DNA of 64,000 bases from Lama guanicoe. Lineage: Eukaryota. Positions 52,550 to 63,915 of this stretch are shown here, piece after piece; positions within the stretch are counted from its first letter, which is position 1, and every line of letters begins with the position of its first letter. Both the position numbers and the translations under genes were made by a program. Below the pieces are notes generated by a model. That model was not told where the DNA came from. It saw only the letters and a program-made list of their open reading frames with translations, and searched no databases. The DNA is taken from the NCBI GenBank assembly GCA_013239625.1, contig MU054187.1, forward strand, positions 18,902,711 to 18,966,710. The letters run 5' to 3'.

Positions 52550-52730
52550 TAGGGTCCAACTTTGCCATCTATGATCTGGGTGACCTTGGGTCGGTTATTC
52601 AACCTCTCCAACCCTCAGCCTCCTTACCTGTACAACCAGGGCACTAATAATACAGTTGGTGAGAGGGCCTAGTAGTGTCAGTGCAGATAATGTGTGTAAC
52701 TTAACTGCCTAGCATCTTACACACAAAGAA
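52550..52730 (+). mobile_element. MIR fragment
   Basis: tgggtgaccttgggtcggttattcaacctctc...cctcagcctccttacctgtacaa core. Confidence 0.65.
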
Positions 52731-54299
52731 ATGTCAGCTGCTCTTCTTTTTATCCAGGCCAAGAAGCCCAGTTGGACACCTTAGCCTGTCACTCTTGTCC
52801 CCATTCAGACTTCTCTACTAGCCCTGCCCTCATCTTGTCTTCTGTCCCTGGACATCATTACAGCTTCCGCTAAATAATGTGTGCTGCCCAATAAAGTTGT
52901 TTCCTAATGTGGCCATGTCACAAGTCACGTTTTATAAGGCTTTTTTCCTTTTCCTCATGGTAATGAAGTCCAGATATAGTGTGGTTGCTTTTATTTTTCT
53001 AAGAAAATATATTGCTTCCTTTCTATGTAAATAGCCCATGTGCTTAGAATTATTTGGTGATCAATACTAATTAGGTATTCTGTTCAGTGGATGTTTAATG
53101 CTTTAATTCTAGACGTTCATCTAGTTACTTTGAATTGGTTAACCCACACTCCATATTGATTAAATTGTTTTTTTTTGGTTGGTTTGTTTGACCTCCTTAA
53201 AAGGGGGAAAGAAATCCTTCTGTTATATTCTCTTAACTTTTAGACCTAAAAATCAGCTGTGGGTATAAAAAAAAGCAAGTTATGCATAACTTTATGACAA
53301 AAGGCTGTCCATAAATTCAATTAAAATGAACTTCTGTTGAGACAAAAACTAGAATCCTGTGAAAAATTCTTGTCATCTCTCTTTCTCTCCCTCCCCCATC
53401 CCTTCATTCTTCTTTTCTAATAAATCTTATTCAGACTTGAGACCCTAGTGGGAAATTTCACTTTTGGTTTTGGGAAATGTCAGTTACAAGTGGTGGGAAT
53501 ATCAGAATATTTAAGCAAAGAAAAAAAAATGTCTTCTCTCTCACATGTGTTAAAAATAGTCACAGTGTATTTTTTCCCCCTAAATTCTGTAAAAGGAAAA
53601 AAAAAATCACCTCTGAACTGAAGTTAATGGTGGAGTGTCTGCCTAAGGGGAAAATCATTTTAGAAAAGTAAAAGAAAAAGATTTGGAACTGCAGTCACTC
53701 AGCAGGACAGGACTGGCCCCCAGTATCTGCTCAGGCAGTTTTGCAGTGGGAATAAGGAGGAAGAAGGAAGAGTAGGTCCCGATCCTCCGACACTTCCTGG
53801 AGGCCTGGCCTCTTGGGCATAGGGTCTCATCTCATCCCCAGTGGCCCAACTGAAATTCAAGTCTGACTCCTAAGCTAAGCCCCCCAGAAAGCTCTTCCTG
53901 CCTAGTTAGCCTAAACAATGGTTCTTACTGGTTCTCACCCCATCTTCTCATCTCTCCCCCATCCTGGGTCTTGCCCATTTTTAGCTCCCAGCTTTGCTGA
54001 TTCTGCACAGGAAAAAGTTAAGCCTTTGCTCACTTTTGTCTCAAATGTTCCACTTTTGTTTCTTCCAAATTCCTTTCCTTTCCTTCTCCTCCTTTCTTTC
54101 CCTAGCTGAGTCAAGTGAAGACTGTAGGAGTGATTCATACAGAAGAAAAGAAAAGATGCAGAGGCAAAACATTCTAGGGGTGGGTATAGTCTCACTACCT
54201 ATTGACAGAGGCCAAATTCAACAGAAAACTCTCAACCCCCACTTGACTTTGAATGTGCAAACAAACATCAAGTGACGCTTAGTCCATTCCTCCTAATTT

Positions 54300-55090
54300 T
54301 CAAGTGCCGAAGAATTTAAGTTGGTTGTCAAATCTTAGAAAATAAAGAAACAAGCCAAAGGATAAGTAACAGTACAACCCCAAGCCTGGGGAAACTTGCA
54401 TCCACGTCTGGACAAGGAAAGGGACACAAGGTAAGGGTAATCAAAATAAAACCATCTGTGTGGTCTGCAGACCCTTACATTTTACTGGTTTCCATGGCTA
54501 TCACCTTTCCAGCCCGCAGCCATAGACTCAAACTGGAACTACCAGGAGGCATTCATGATTCGAAATTTACTTCTTTTGGCAGATTCCCTACTCCCCTGAA
54601 TAGAAGTAAGTGTAAATGAGATTGTAACTAGCTATCTCTCCTTAACTCTTGAAGATATTGCAGAATCTGCTGATAAATCAATACTGCCCAACAAAAATCC
54701 CTAGAGTTTCTGACCAACATTGTTCTTGATAATAGGGTAGCCTTTGATTATCTTTTAGCTGAGCAAGGAGGTGTCTGTGCTGTGGCCAATACCACTTGCT
54801 GCCCTTGGATTAACACTTCTGAGGAAGTTGAGACTTGGCTATATAAAATCACTGAACAAGCCACTTGGTTTAAGAAACTGACTACTTCAGCGGGCTTTTT
54901 CTTTGATCTACTTGATCTAAGTTGTTTTGGGTCATGGGGATCAAGGCTTCAGAGTGTACTCCAACTTATTATTCTGTTTATAGTCATTCTAATTGTCTCT
55001 CTGGTTTGCTGTGTTCTCTCAAAAGCTTTACATGCATGCATGCAGCTGCTGGTGACCGGACAAATGAGCTCTCTTTGCCTAGAATGCTAA
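54300..55090 (+). mobile_element. Degenerate ERV (class I/gamma-type) env relic, TM subunit
   Basis: Translation AQQKSLEFLTNIVLDNRVAFDYLLAEQGGVCAVANTTCCPWINTS: immunosuppressive domain plus CX6CC, followed by a hydrophobic TM (LIILFIVILIVSLVCCVL). Confidence 0.92.
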
Positions 55091-55241
55091 AAATGGGATG
55101 AAACAAACAGTCAACTAAGGGACCTCGAGCGTCTGATAGCCCAGTCTTTGTATTCCAGCTGGAGATCCAACATCAACAAGAAGCGGTAGTTCAGAGTGGC
55201 ACTAATTCCTTAAATTTTGAGTACAACTCAGAGTATTGATC

Positions 55242-55634
55242 AAAAGGGGGGACTGATAAAGTTAATTTGAATATTGACACCCACAAAATGGAGGCTGCCC
55301 AAGTGGCCCAGCCCATGTCACAAATTTAAACCCAAGTCAGCCTGCACTTATGAGAAATTTCTGTCAAGGAAACCTAACATTATACTAATCACAACCCACC
55401 AAGTCAGCTTTAGCTAGCTCACCTTACCCTAGAGAACAGGACCTGCTGGCTTTGTAAGGAAATCCCTTACCTCGTAGCTAATCATGCCCTGTTTCCATGT
55501 TGCCTCTTCTAACTCCCTCCTGCCCCAAGCCCCTAGAGAGCAGTACTCCACTGCTCGTGCGACACACTATTCCCCAATCCATGGATTGTTTTCTCTTGAA
55601 TAAAGGACATCAAACTCTTTACCTAAAAAAAAAA
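55242..55634 (+). mobile_element. ERV polypurine tract and 3' LTR (U3-R) ending in poly(A)
   Basis: PPT AAAAGGGGGGA 55242-55252, TG start 55254, AATAAA 55599-55604, A10 at 55625-55634. Confidence 0.8.
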
Positions 55635-56079
55635 GTATAAGCAACAGGACATAAACAAGTTTAAAAATAACATGGTTTATCATTGACTTCAGAATATATG
55701 TTATCAAATACTGCAATAGTTCTAAGTGCTCATGTGAAGCTACGTTAACAATTTGTGCATAGTAGATTTGGGCCTGGCAGGTTGCTGCTTTCTATATTTC
55801 TGAAGTTTACAACATTGTATCAAGATTTATTAGAGGAATGCTTTAAAAAATTTACGTGAATTTACGTGTCTACCTAATGCCAGAAAAACTGGATGAAATT
55901 GAGAAATTCGTTTATTCTATACATGTATCTGACCCACGGTTATATTCAGTATTATTCTAGATGAGACGCAAGGGAAGTCCCTCCCTTGTGGAGTGTGTGG
56001 TCAGGGAGCAAACATACTGCTTAGTGATAGTTGGTTCGGGGGCTTCATTCCACCCCTTCTGACTACTGTTGACAGAATC

Positions 56080-56240
56080 TGAACCTGTTGAATGCCCTCT
56101 CTGAGCCTCAGTTTCTTCACCTATAAAATGAGGTAATGTCAATATTCGCTTTCTAAATTTAAGAACATTAAATAAAATGCTAACATCTGTAAGTTGCTGA
56201 GAATAATACTTGGAATGCAGTGAGCCCTCAAAAAATGTTA
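56080..56240 (+). mobile_element. MIR fragment
   Basis: ctctctgagcctcagtttcttcacctataaaatgagg core. Confidence 0.75.
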
Positions 56241-57289
56241 CATACCAACTGGTTGGGAAGCAAAGACTAGAAGTCATTCATTTTATGTCAAAATAAGTGA
56301 ACATTTAGAGTTTTATACATATAGTTGGATGCTTGCCTACATTTTCGTATTTTCTTTTTAGTCAGAGAGAGAGTTGAAACCAGATGGAATATTGCACAAT
56401 TACAAACCTACAAGTTTTCCTGTTTCTTTTAGTTTGGTACCTAATTTGGGAATATGTGGGTAGAAGAAACCAAAAAAGTATTCCTTTGAGTAATACCTGA
56501 AAACAGGAGTTAGTTACAGATTAGGGTTTTCAGAAGGAACAACAAAACCAAAGCCCTGGCTATCTACACAGAAAGTGTTCGTTAAGTCTTGAGAGGATTC
56601 CTTGACCTTTGCTTTATGAAACATGGACAATCTTACATTTGATTGGTGAATTTTCTGCTGTTTTTTTTTAAACCATGTTCCCTGCCTGCAAGCTAAACCT
56701 ATTTATGGTGAGCACTGTTTTTTCAATTAGGTTTATTTTCATTTTCCCATAGGCCACGTTAGCTCTGAGCGTCCCAAAGTTTATTTTTCTTTCCTTTACT
56801 TTGTATAGTGGTTTTAAGGTAAAACATACAGCACTTATATCTACTGATTTTCTTTTGAAATACAAAGTCTGAAAATTTTTTTCCCTACACATTTCACACC
56901 CTGTCACGAGAGCTATTCAGAAATGCTTTTCAAAGTATAATCATGGTCCATTTTTGTGGTCAGCTCTTCGAGAGCAAGGATCAAGTCCCTTCCGCCAAGT
57001 TTGTGAAATGTCTTGTGCAAGCTGCTGCTCAGCAGAGTACTTAAGAATGATGTGTTTGCGACTTGGCTTGTCCCAAAACTTTTCAGCTGGATGTCAGAAT
57101 TCCATCCAAATTGTCAATTTCCCAAGCTGAATATTGGCAAGATGTTCTCGCCAAGAGGTTTCTTTCTTTCTTTTTTTTTTTTTTTGAGGTGGGGAAAGGG
57201 GGTGGACTTAAAACAAAGCCCTACATCACCTTTCTAATAGTTTTGTAATATTCTCTAGTGGAAACACTCTGGGCGAGAGCAAGTCTTAG

Positions 57290-58560
57290 CTAAGAACTCT
57301 CCTCTCGGAAGAGCGCGTCCTCTTCTGAGCCAGGCTTGCAGCCCTTGGGAACGAGGGCTCGCACATCCCTGGAGGACTGGGAGGACTGAGAGGATGAGGG
57401 CTGCTCTGGTTCTGGGGAGCCGGCTCTGGGGCTGGGAGGGTCGGCGCAGCTGGAGACGGGGTCATCTCGCCGAGAGGGAGGGGCACAGCCCCCGGCCGCT
57501 CCCGGGCGCTCCCACGGGCTGGGGCGGGCGGACCCCAGCCTTCCCGAGCTCCCCGGGCCCCGCCCCGCGCGCGGCCTCCCTCCCGCCCGCCGCTGTCCCC
57601 GCCCGCGCCAGCGCTCGGCCGCCGGCTCCCGCCCCTCCTCCCTCCCCGAGGCGTGGGGGCAGGAGTTCGGCCGCAGAGCTCCGCCGGGGAACCGTGCCCT
57701 GGAGGGCTGGGCCAGGCGGCCGGGGCCGCGCCCTCCTCCCCTGCTCCGGCTCGGCTCCGCTCTACCCCTCCCCGGCTCCCGCTCCCCTCCTCCCCTCCTC
57801 CTCTCCTCCTCCTCCCCCTCTCTCCCCGCCCCTTCTCCTCTGCTGCTCCGGGCTCCTCCCGTTCCCCCACTTCCCTGCACTCCCTCTCCCTGCCCCCCAC
57901 CCACGCTGCTGCTCCCTTCCTTCTTTCCTCCCCTGTGCTCCTTCCCTCTCCTCCCCGCTCCCGTTCCCCTCCTTTCTTCCTCCCAGCTCCACCAGATCCC
58001 CGCTTCTCCCCCACCCTTTTCTCCAGCTCACCTCCCTCCTTCCTCCCTGGAACCCCTCCTCCCTCCTCTCCCTTACGCCTCTCTCCTGCTCCCCGCCTTC
58101 GTCCCCTGCTCCTCTTCCCAGTTCGCGGAGCTCCCACGCGGTTGCTATGGAGGCGCCCGCGGCGGCTCGCCTCCCGGCGGGAGCTGCCCTGAGGCCCCGG
58201 GGACGGAGCGTTGACTCTGCCCAAGGCGCTGGCGCCTCGCCCCCTTGGGGCCCAGGAACAAAGCGCGCCCTCCCCCATCTCGGGAGTGCGCTGTGAGATC
58301 TTCGGGCGCCCCAGGCCCGGAGGCTTAAGACCACCGCGAATCTGCTGGCCCCCAACCTCTGTGGACGGGACCCCTGGGTCGGGGTGACAGCTGCGCGCTA
58401 CCGAGCTACCTTGCGGCCCCCCGAAGATCATTCTCTCTCTCCCCGTCCCCACACCCGTCGCAGAGGTGTCACTGGGGCCGGGGGACGGCCAGATGGCCCC
58501 ATTTAACAGGACTGTCCCCTTTTGTTGGGGGCCGAGGCAGCGTCCAGGCCAATTTACATA
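57290..58560. promoter_or_regulatory. Large CpG island / probable bidirectional promoter
   Basis: Very GC- and CpG-rich over ~1.25 kb; multiple GGGCGG/CCGCCC boxes; CCAAT ~58549; RFX-like GTTGCTATGG at 58141; long C/T tract 57750-58120. Confidence 0.9.
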
Positions 58561-59476
58561 GGAAAATGGGGTTTGTGTCCCCAATTCAGTGTAGTGCCCT
58601 GACAGCTGGTGGTTCTGTCATCATGTCAGGACCCCACAGCGTGATGTTTAAATTGGCTTTATGTGTGCAGATGTGTGAGTGTGAATAGCAATTGATTGGA
58701 AACCGGTAGCTATTAGGTCTGGCTTGGAGAAACTCCGAGTTCACAGAGGTAATTTTATCAACCTTGGTCGCAGCATAAGATCACAGAATGAAAAAAGTTT
58801 TGAAGACTTCTGATGCTCTCTTACAGAAGTTACCACTTACCATTTTGTGTAGAAATCTAAAAAGCCAAATAGTTCCGATCTGAGGAGGATTTTGAAATCC
58901 TTACTATTTACATTTTGGTCATTGCTTGTCAAAGTTGTAAGGCTGAACATAAAAAGGCATATGCAGGACTGCTAGGAATTTAAAAAAGTTATCAATGAAA
59001 GATCTAATCTAATTTTATTTTACTCAACTGCTTTAACTCAGCTGGTTTGCCCCCGGTGCTGTAGCCTATAGCAGGCTGAAATCAGTATACATACTGATTT
59101 CCAAACTGCTATAGTTTGGAAATCAGTAACTTAAACATGTATATACTTAAATGATAGACTTAAGAACAGGAAGGAACTCCTTCAATTCTTATTTTACCAG
59201 TGAGGAATTTGAATCTTAAAGAGGTTAAGTGATTTTTCCCAAGATCCTACAGCTCTTGGAGTATGATCTCAATCATTCTCAAATCCACAAAAGATAAAGG
59301 GAAACTTTGAAGATTCAGAGAGCCCTTGAAAATACCTTAATCAAGACGCTCTCAAACCTTTCCACCAGTCCGCTGGAGCCACCAACAGGTAACTCCTTAG
59401 AAGACAAGAGACTGAGAGGAATTTTTTCTCTCCCTGTCTATACATTCATCAACTTTAGCTCCTGTCTATATGGAGC

Positions 59477-59569
59477 CTTTTTTTTATTTTAATGGAGATA
59501 CTGGGGATTGAACCTTGGACCTCCTGCATACTGAGCACTCTACCACTGAGCTAGGTACCCTCCCCGCCC
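59477..59569 (-). mobile_element. tRNA-derived SINE (short)
   Basis: ggggattgaaccttggacc...gcactctaccactgagcta; TSD tggagcc. Confidence 0.85.
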
Positions 59570-60429
59570 TGGAGCCAATTCCAGCCACTAGAATCTTCCT
59601 GAACCTTGAAGAACTTGTGACTTTCTTTCCTTCAGAGCACTCATTTTGTGAGGAGATGGAAAGGGCATGGTTAGGATTTGTATGAAATGGGACATCAAAG
59701 CTGGGCTGGAACCCTCTGATCTCCTTTTCAGGCAGGAGGACAAAGGGTCTACAGTGAAACCCCTGTTCACCTTGCTAGAATGTAGGGTGGCTAACTTGGA
59801 AAGGCTTTCCAAATTAGGATTTCCACAGAACAACAACACTAGTTACTTTCATAACCATTGAAAAGAATCCTTGAAATGTGGTCACTTTACTTTGGGGAGT
59901 GTGTTGGAAGAATTCTGTTGGCTGAACTTGCCAGTAGACTTGTACTGGCTAAAACCTCTGCCTTTAAACCTGAAGTGACTTTGTGAAAAATTAGGAAAGA
60001 GTGCTTCTGGGGAAGATTTTAGTAGAGCTGTAGCAAGCCACAGGATGCCACAGAAAAAGAGAATATGAGCTCACATACTACACTTTAAGCATGAGAAAGA
60101 GCAAGGATGTACAACTGGATTGGGACTGGAAATGAGTGTTAATTTCTGCTCTGCTTCTCATACCAGGACAGGGTAGCAATTTTGTTTTTCTGCCTCCCAT
60201 TTGCTTGGGGCCACATAGTATTAGGATGAGAGTGCCAAATATGTGATGAAGATGTTAGGTAATGAACGTAAGAACCTCTCAATTCTCAGAAAGAGAGTGC
60301 TTTTAGAATCACTAATAATGTGTTAGATTATTGTACACAAGGAAATTATTTGAAATTGACTCCCCTCACTACCATCTACATACTCCCTTATTTCCCTTTA
60401 CTGCTTTACTTTGACTACTTTTTAGTACT

Positions 60430-60960
60430 TGTATTGGTTAGTTATTGAGGTGTAACAAACAACCCAAAACTCAACACCAAAGCAACACCATTTATCATTA
60501 TAGCTCGGGCATCTGTGAGTTAGCGGGAGGTCAGCTTCTCTAGGCTGGGCGTATTGGGTGGCCCTGGTGATGCTGACTCAGCTTATACATGCATCTAAGG
60601 GTCTTCTGGGGCCTTACTTTAGACTAAGTTTGGCTGAAGAAGCTTAGCTGGAACAGGTCTGCTCACATCTTTTATCCTTCTCCTGGGACCAGCAGACTAG
60701 CCTGGGTATCTTCTTCCCATGGCAAAGACAAAGGAGCAAGAAGGGCACTGGAATCATGAAGGGCTCTTGAGGTCTTTATTTCATGAGAGTCAGGAGCTGG
60801 CACATTGTTATTTCACCTCATTCTATTGGTCAAATCAGGTCATATAGTCAGGCTCAAAATCAAGGAGAAGGGAAGAAGCCCAGCTTACTGCAGAAAACAT
60901 GACAAAGGGAATGGATGGAGGGAGGGTAAAGAACTGGGGCCATGAATGCCATCAAACACA
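60430..60960 (-). mobile_element. MaLR (MLT1-type) LTR, antisense
   Basis: tgtattggttagttattg...tgtaacaaacaacccaaaactcaac...cattctattggtcaaatcaggtcata...ggctcaaaatcaagg. Confidence 0.8.
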
Positions 60961-61409
60961 GTGCTTGCCAACATCTGCTATATCATATATCTTACCTATA
61001 TAGAAGTTTGCTTGTATAGAAGCAGGAAGAGTCCTGCTAGAATGTGAGCTCCTTATGGGCAAGGCTTTTGGTCTCTTTTGTTTATTGCTTCATCTTCAAG
61101 ATCCAGAACAGTGGCACATTATAGATGTTTAACAAATATTGGATGAATCAATGAGTAAGATTATGTGAATTATTTTTGCTTATGTATAAAGTCCAATTCC
61201 CTGAGACAATGTAATTTTGTGAGTTTATCTTCATTTTTTTGATTTAAAGATCCTTGTTCATGTTTGCTCCATATAGAAGCTGCTGACTATTTGGAATAAA
61301 CAGTGTTTCTGAAACTTTCAAAAATATTTCCCGATTTCAGAATAATTTAACATTTTTCTAGAACATATAAACAGGTCACATAAAAGTCAATTATTAAATG
61401 GGCAGTGCA

Positions 61410-61545
61410 GGAGGATATAGCTCAGTGGTAGAGCACGTGCCTAGCATGCACGAGGTCCTGGGATCAGTCCCCTACCTCCCTTAAAATAAAAAACCAAATA
61501 AATAAACCTAATTACCTCCCCCCCAAAACAAACAAACAAAAATTT
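61410..61545 (+). mobile_element. tRNA-derived SINE (Vic-1-like)
   Basis: tatagctcagtggtagagcacgtgcctagcatgcacgaggtcctggg...acctaattacctcccc. Confidence 0.88.
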
Positions 61546-61565
61546 AAAATTTAAGGGGACAGAAA

Positions 61566-61712
61566 GGGGAGGTATAGCTCAAGTGGTAGAGCACATGCTT
61601 AGCATGCACAAGGTCCTAGGTTCAATTCCCATGTACCTCCTCTAAAAAATAAATAAATAAATAAATAAATAGACCTAATTACTACCCCCCCCAAATTTAA
61701 AAAATAAATAAA
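61566..61712 (+). mobile_element. Second adjacent tRNA-derived SINE
   Basis: ggtatagctcaagtggtagagcacatgcttagcatgcacaaggtcctaggttcaattccc; TSD gggacagaaa. Confidence 0.88.
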
Positions 61713-63784
61713 GGGACAGAAAATTAGCAGTAGGAAGAGGAGGAATTTTACATATATTTTGGCAGGGAATATAATGCTTCCTCCTATAAGGGAATAATTC
61801 TAACACAGATCTCAAACTTCCAGAATTTAAATCTGAAAAATTATCAAGATCTTTGGATTTGAACAGTTCCAAAACATGTGGAATACAGGACAGTATCTAG
61901 CCAAATTATATCTGTTGGGCTTTTGGGTCCATAGAAATTCAGTCATATCTCTCTCCTCGCCACCTCAGTTTACCCAGTCCAGAAGACTAAGAGCAAAGGA
62001 ATTTCTTTAAGGTTATACTTTAAAGGGGAATTTCTGTGCAATGCTTTTTTTAAATTTCCTTGAAATTTGAATTTATCCTGCCACTTTCTGACTGTGACAG
62101 ATAAGGAGATAGGAGATAAAGTAGGTGTTAATTCTCAGTTACATAAAGGGAAGCTTTGCAAATGTCCATACTTAGCAGCGGGCTAACTGGGGACTTTCAC
62201 AAGAAACCGAGGTCTTGGACAGTGGAATGAGTATCTGAAGTTTGATCATGCCAAGTGATTAACTCCACAAACTTTTAGACTTAAAAGCTTGATTCCAGAT
62301 GGATCTATTATTTTGTATAAGCGAGGAACCTGGAAAGTTAGGGGCCTAGAGAAATCCTGAATTATAGTCATTTCTTTCTCTCCCTCCCTCCCAATCCCCC
62401 TGTCCACACCCCTCCCCACCACATGTCACTCAACAGAGTCCCCACAAAATGACCATGGCAAGTTATAAACGTAAAATGTTGTGAACATTTCTCAGAAATT
62501 TGTTTTAGTTACAACTTTACATGAACGTATTTGCCTTATCATTAGTGAGATTCTAAAAGTGTGCAATTTGTTTAGTTTAAGTTTTGCCTTTTGGGGTTGG
62601 GTGTTTGGAGATTTAGAGGTTTGTACATTAATAGAGGGGCTACCAGGTGCATCAAATGCAATTAGACGAAGCCCTTGGCCCAAAGGAGCTCAGAATCTTG
62701 GGGAAGACGTGCACAGCGATGGGCAATTTCAGCACAAGGGGATAAAGACTATGGTTGGGGAAAGGGTGGGCTGGGAGCTCAGAGGAGAGGTCCCTGGGAC
62801 ATCTGGGGAGACGAAGGAAGCAAACTAACACTGCTAACTGTGTAATGCCTTCCGATTTGCAGAAATCCTTTTGCATTCATAACCTCCTCACATCCTGGCA
62901 GTTTTCCTACCTGCAGGCTCCGGCAGGGTGTTATTCCCATGACACCTGGAAGAAGAGAGAGCTGAGGGGCATACACTTTGTCAAGGGTGGAACCGGCATT
63001 CACACTGGGTCTCCTGATGCTCTCTTGTAGGGCTATTTCCATCCTGGGCCAGCCACTGATCCCTGTCTCTGCCAGGTGTGCATGGTTTCCTGCACTGTGG
63101 TCTGGTCCAGGTCTTCCCAGGCCTTCCTTCCATCCCTCAAGTGTAAAATGAGAACATGGTTCAGGATGATTCTGATGACCTTGCACCCCAACAGTCTATA
63201 ATTCCCAAAACGGTTGCTTTTGTAATCAATCTGAGGAAGCTTGATGTGAAAGTATGTAAGTTTTTATTCATTTTTTGTAGAACCCTTTGTGGCAGGTTGG
63301 TTTTAATTTTTTTAAAAATACCTGTTTCAAGATGAAGACATTGAGGAACAGGATCCTGCCACTTCTCTGTGGCCCCACAGTGTCCTGGCGGGGTCAGCAT
63401 TCACACTTCTGGCTCCCAAGTTTCTGATCTCTTATCCCTCTGTGTGAAATGGCTTTCTGCGTACCTCCTAACTTTTATTTAACTTCCTTTTCTAATGGGT
63501 AGTGCTTAAAACTCTGTTCTGTTATTAAATGTCCTAAGCGACCTCTTGCTCTACATTTTAAAGTGTGTGCGCGCGTGTATTCTATAATTTGCTCATTATT
63601 AAAAAGGGAGGTTGCAGACTGAAAGTTGGAGAGCCAAGCATTTACTTGCAGATATATTTAAAAATATTCTTTTATTTCTTTTGAACAAATAACCTTTGAA
63701 AATGGTACAAATTCCAAAATGACCTGTACAAAATTTAAAAGTTTTTAAAACATTTATTTATCTTAAACTCTCTCTCTCTCTCTC

Positions 63785-63915
63785 TTTTTTTTTTATTAGG
63801 GGCGGAGGTAATTAGGTTTATGTATTTACGTATGTTTAGAAGGAGTACTGGGAATTGAACCCAGGACCTTGTGCATGCTAAGCATGCGCTCTACCACTTG
63901 AGCTATAGCCTCCCC
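63785..63915 (-). mobile_element. tRNA-derived SINE (Vic-1-like)
   Basis: gggaattgaacccaggaccttgtgcatgctaagcatgcgctctaccacttgagctatagcctcccc. Confidence 0.88.

Larger units (their letters stand above)
46915..57160 (-). pseudogene. Candidate decayed multi-exon gene D (unidentified family), minus strand from the large CpG island
   Basis: Exon-like segments ~56900-57155, 52189-52461 (273 nt, phase 0-0), 51462-, 51004-51131 (phase 0-2), 49692-~49550 (phase 2 entry, at least 47 codons without a stop), ~46917-46945. Confidence 0.5.
58148..63260 (+). pseudogene. Candidate decayed gene C or spliced lncRNA, plus strand from the large CpG island
   Basis: Kozak gctATGG at 58148; stop-poor protein-like frames at ~58690-59010, 59830-60172, 61934-62255 and 62863-63255, with flanking ag/gt signals (e.g. 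ctaac...tttgcag acceptor; AAA|gtatgt / T|gtaagt donor). Confidence 0.35.

Noticed and set aside
54782..55090. Possible syncytin-like captured env
   Set aside because: Only the TM part is open; upstream is frameshifted and deleted, with no intact signal peptide or SU.
57286..58584. Long ORFs of 179-432 aa on both strands
   Set aside because: Low-complexity G/R/E/P-rich translations, expected from stop-poor GC-rich CpG-island DNA; no domain signal.
61410..61712. tRNA-like A/B-box sequences (also at 4.5, 18.9, 40.0, 44.7, 59.5 and 63.9 kb)
   Set aside because: They have A-rich tails and TSDs; these are SINEs, not tRNA genes.
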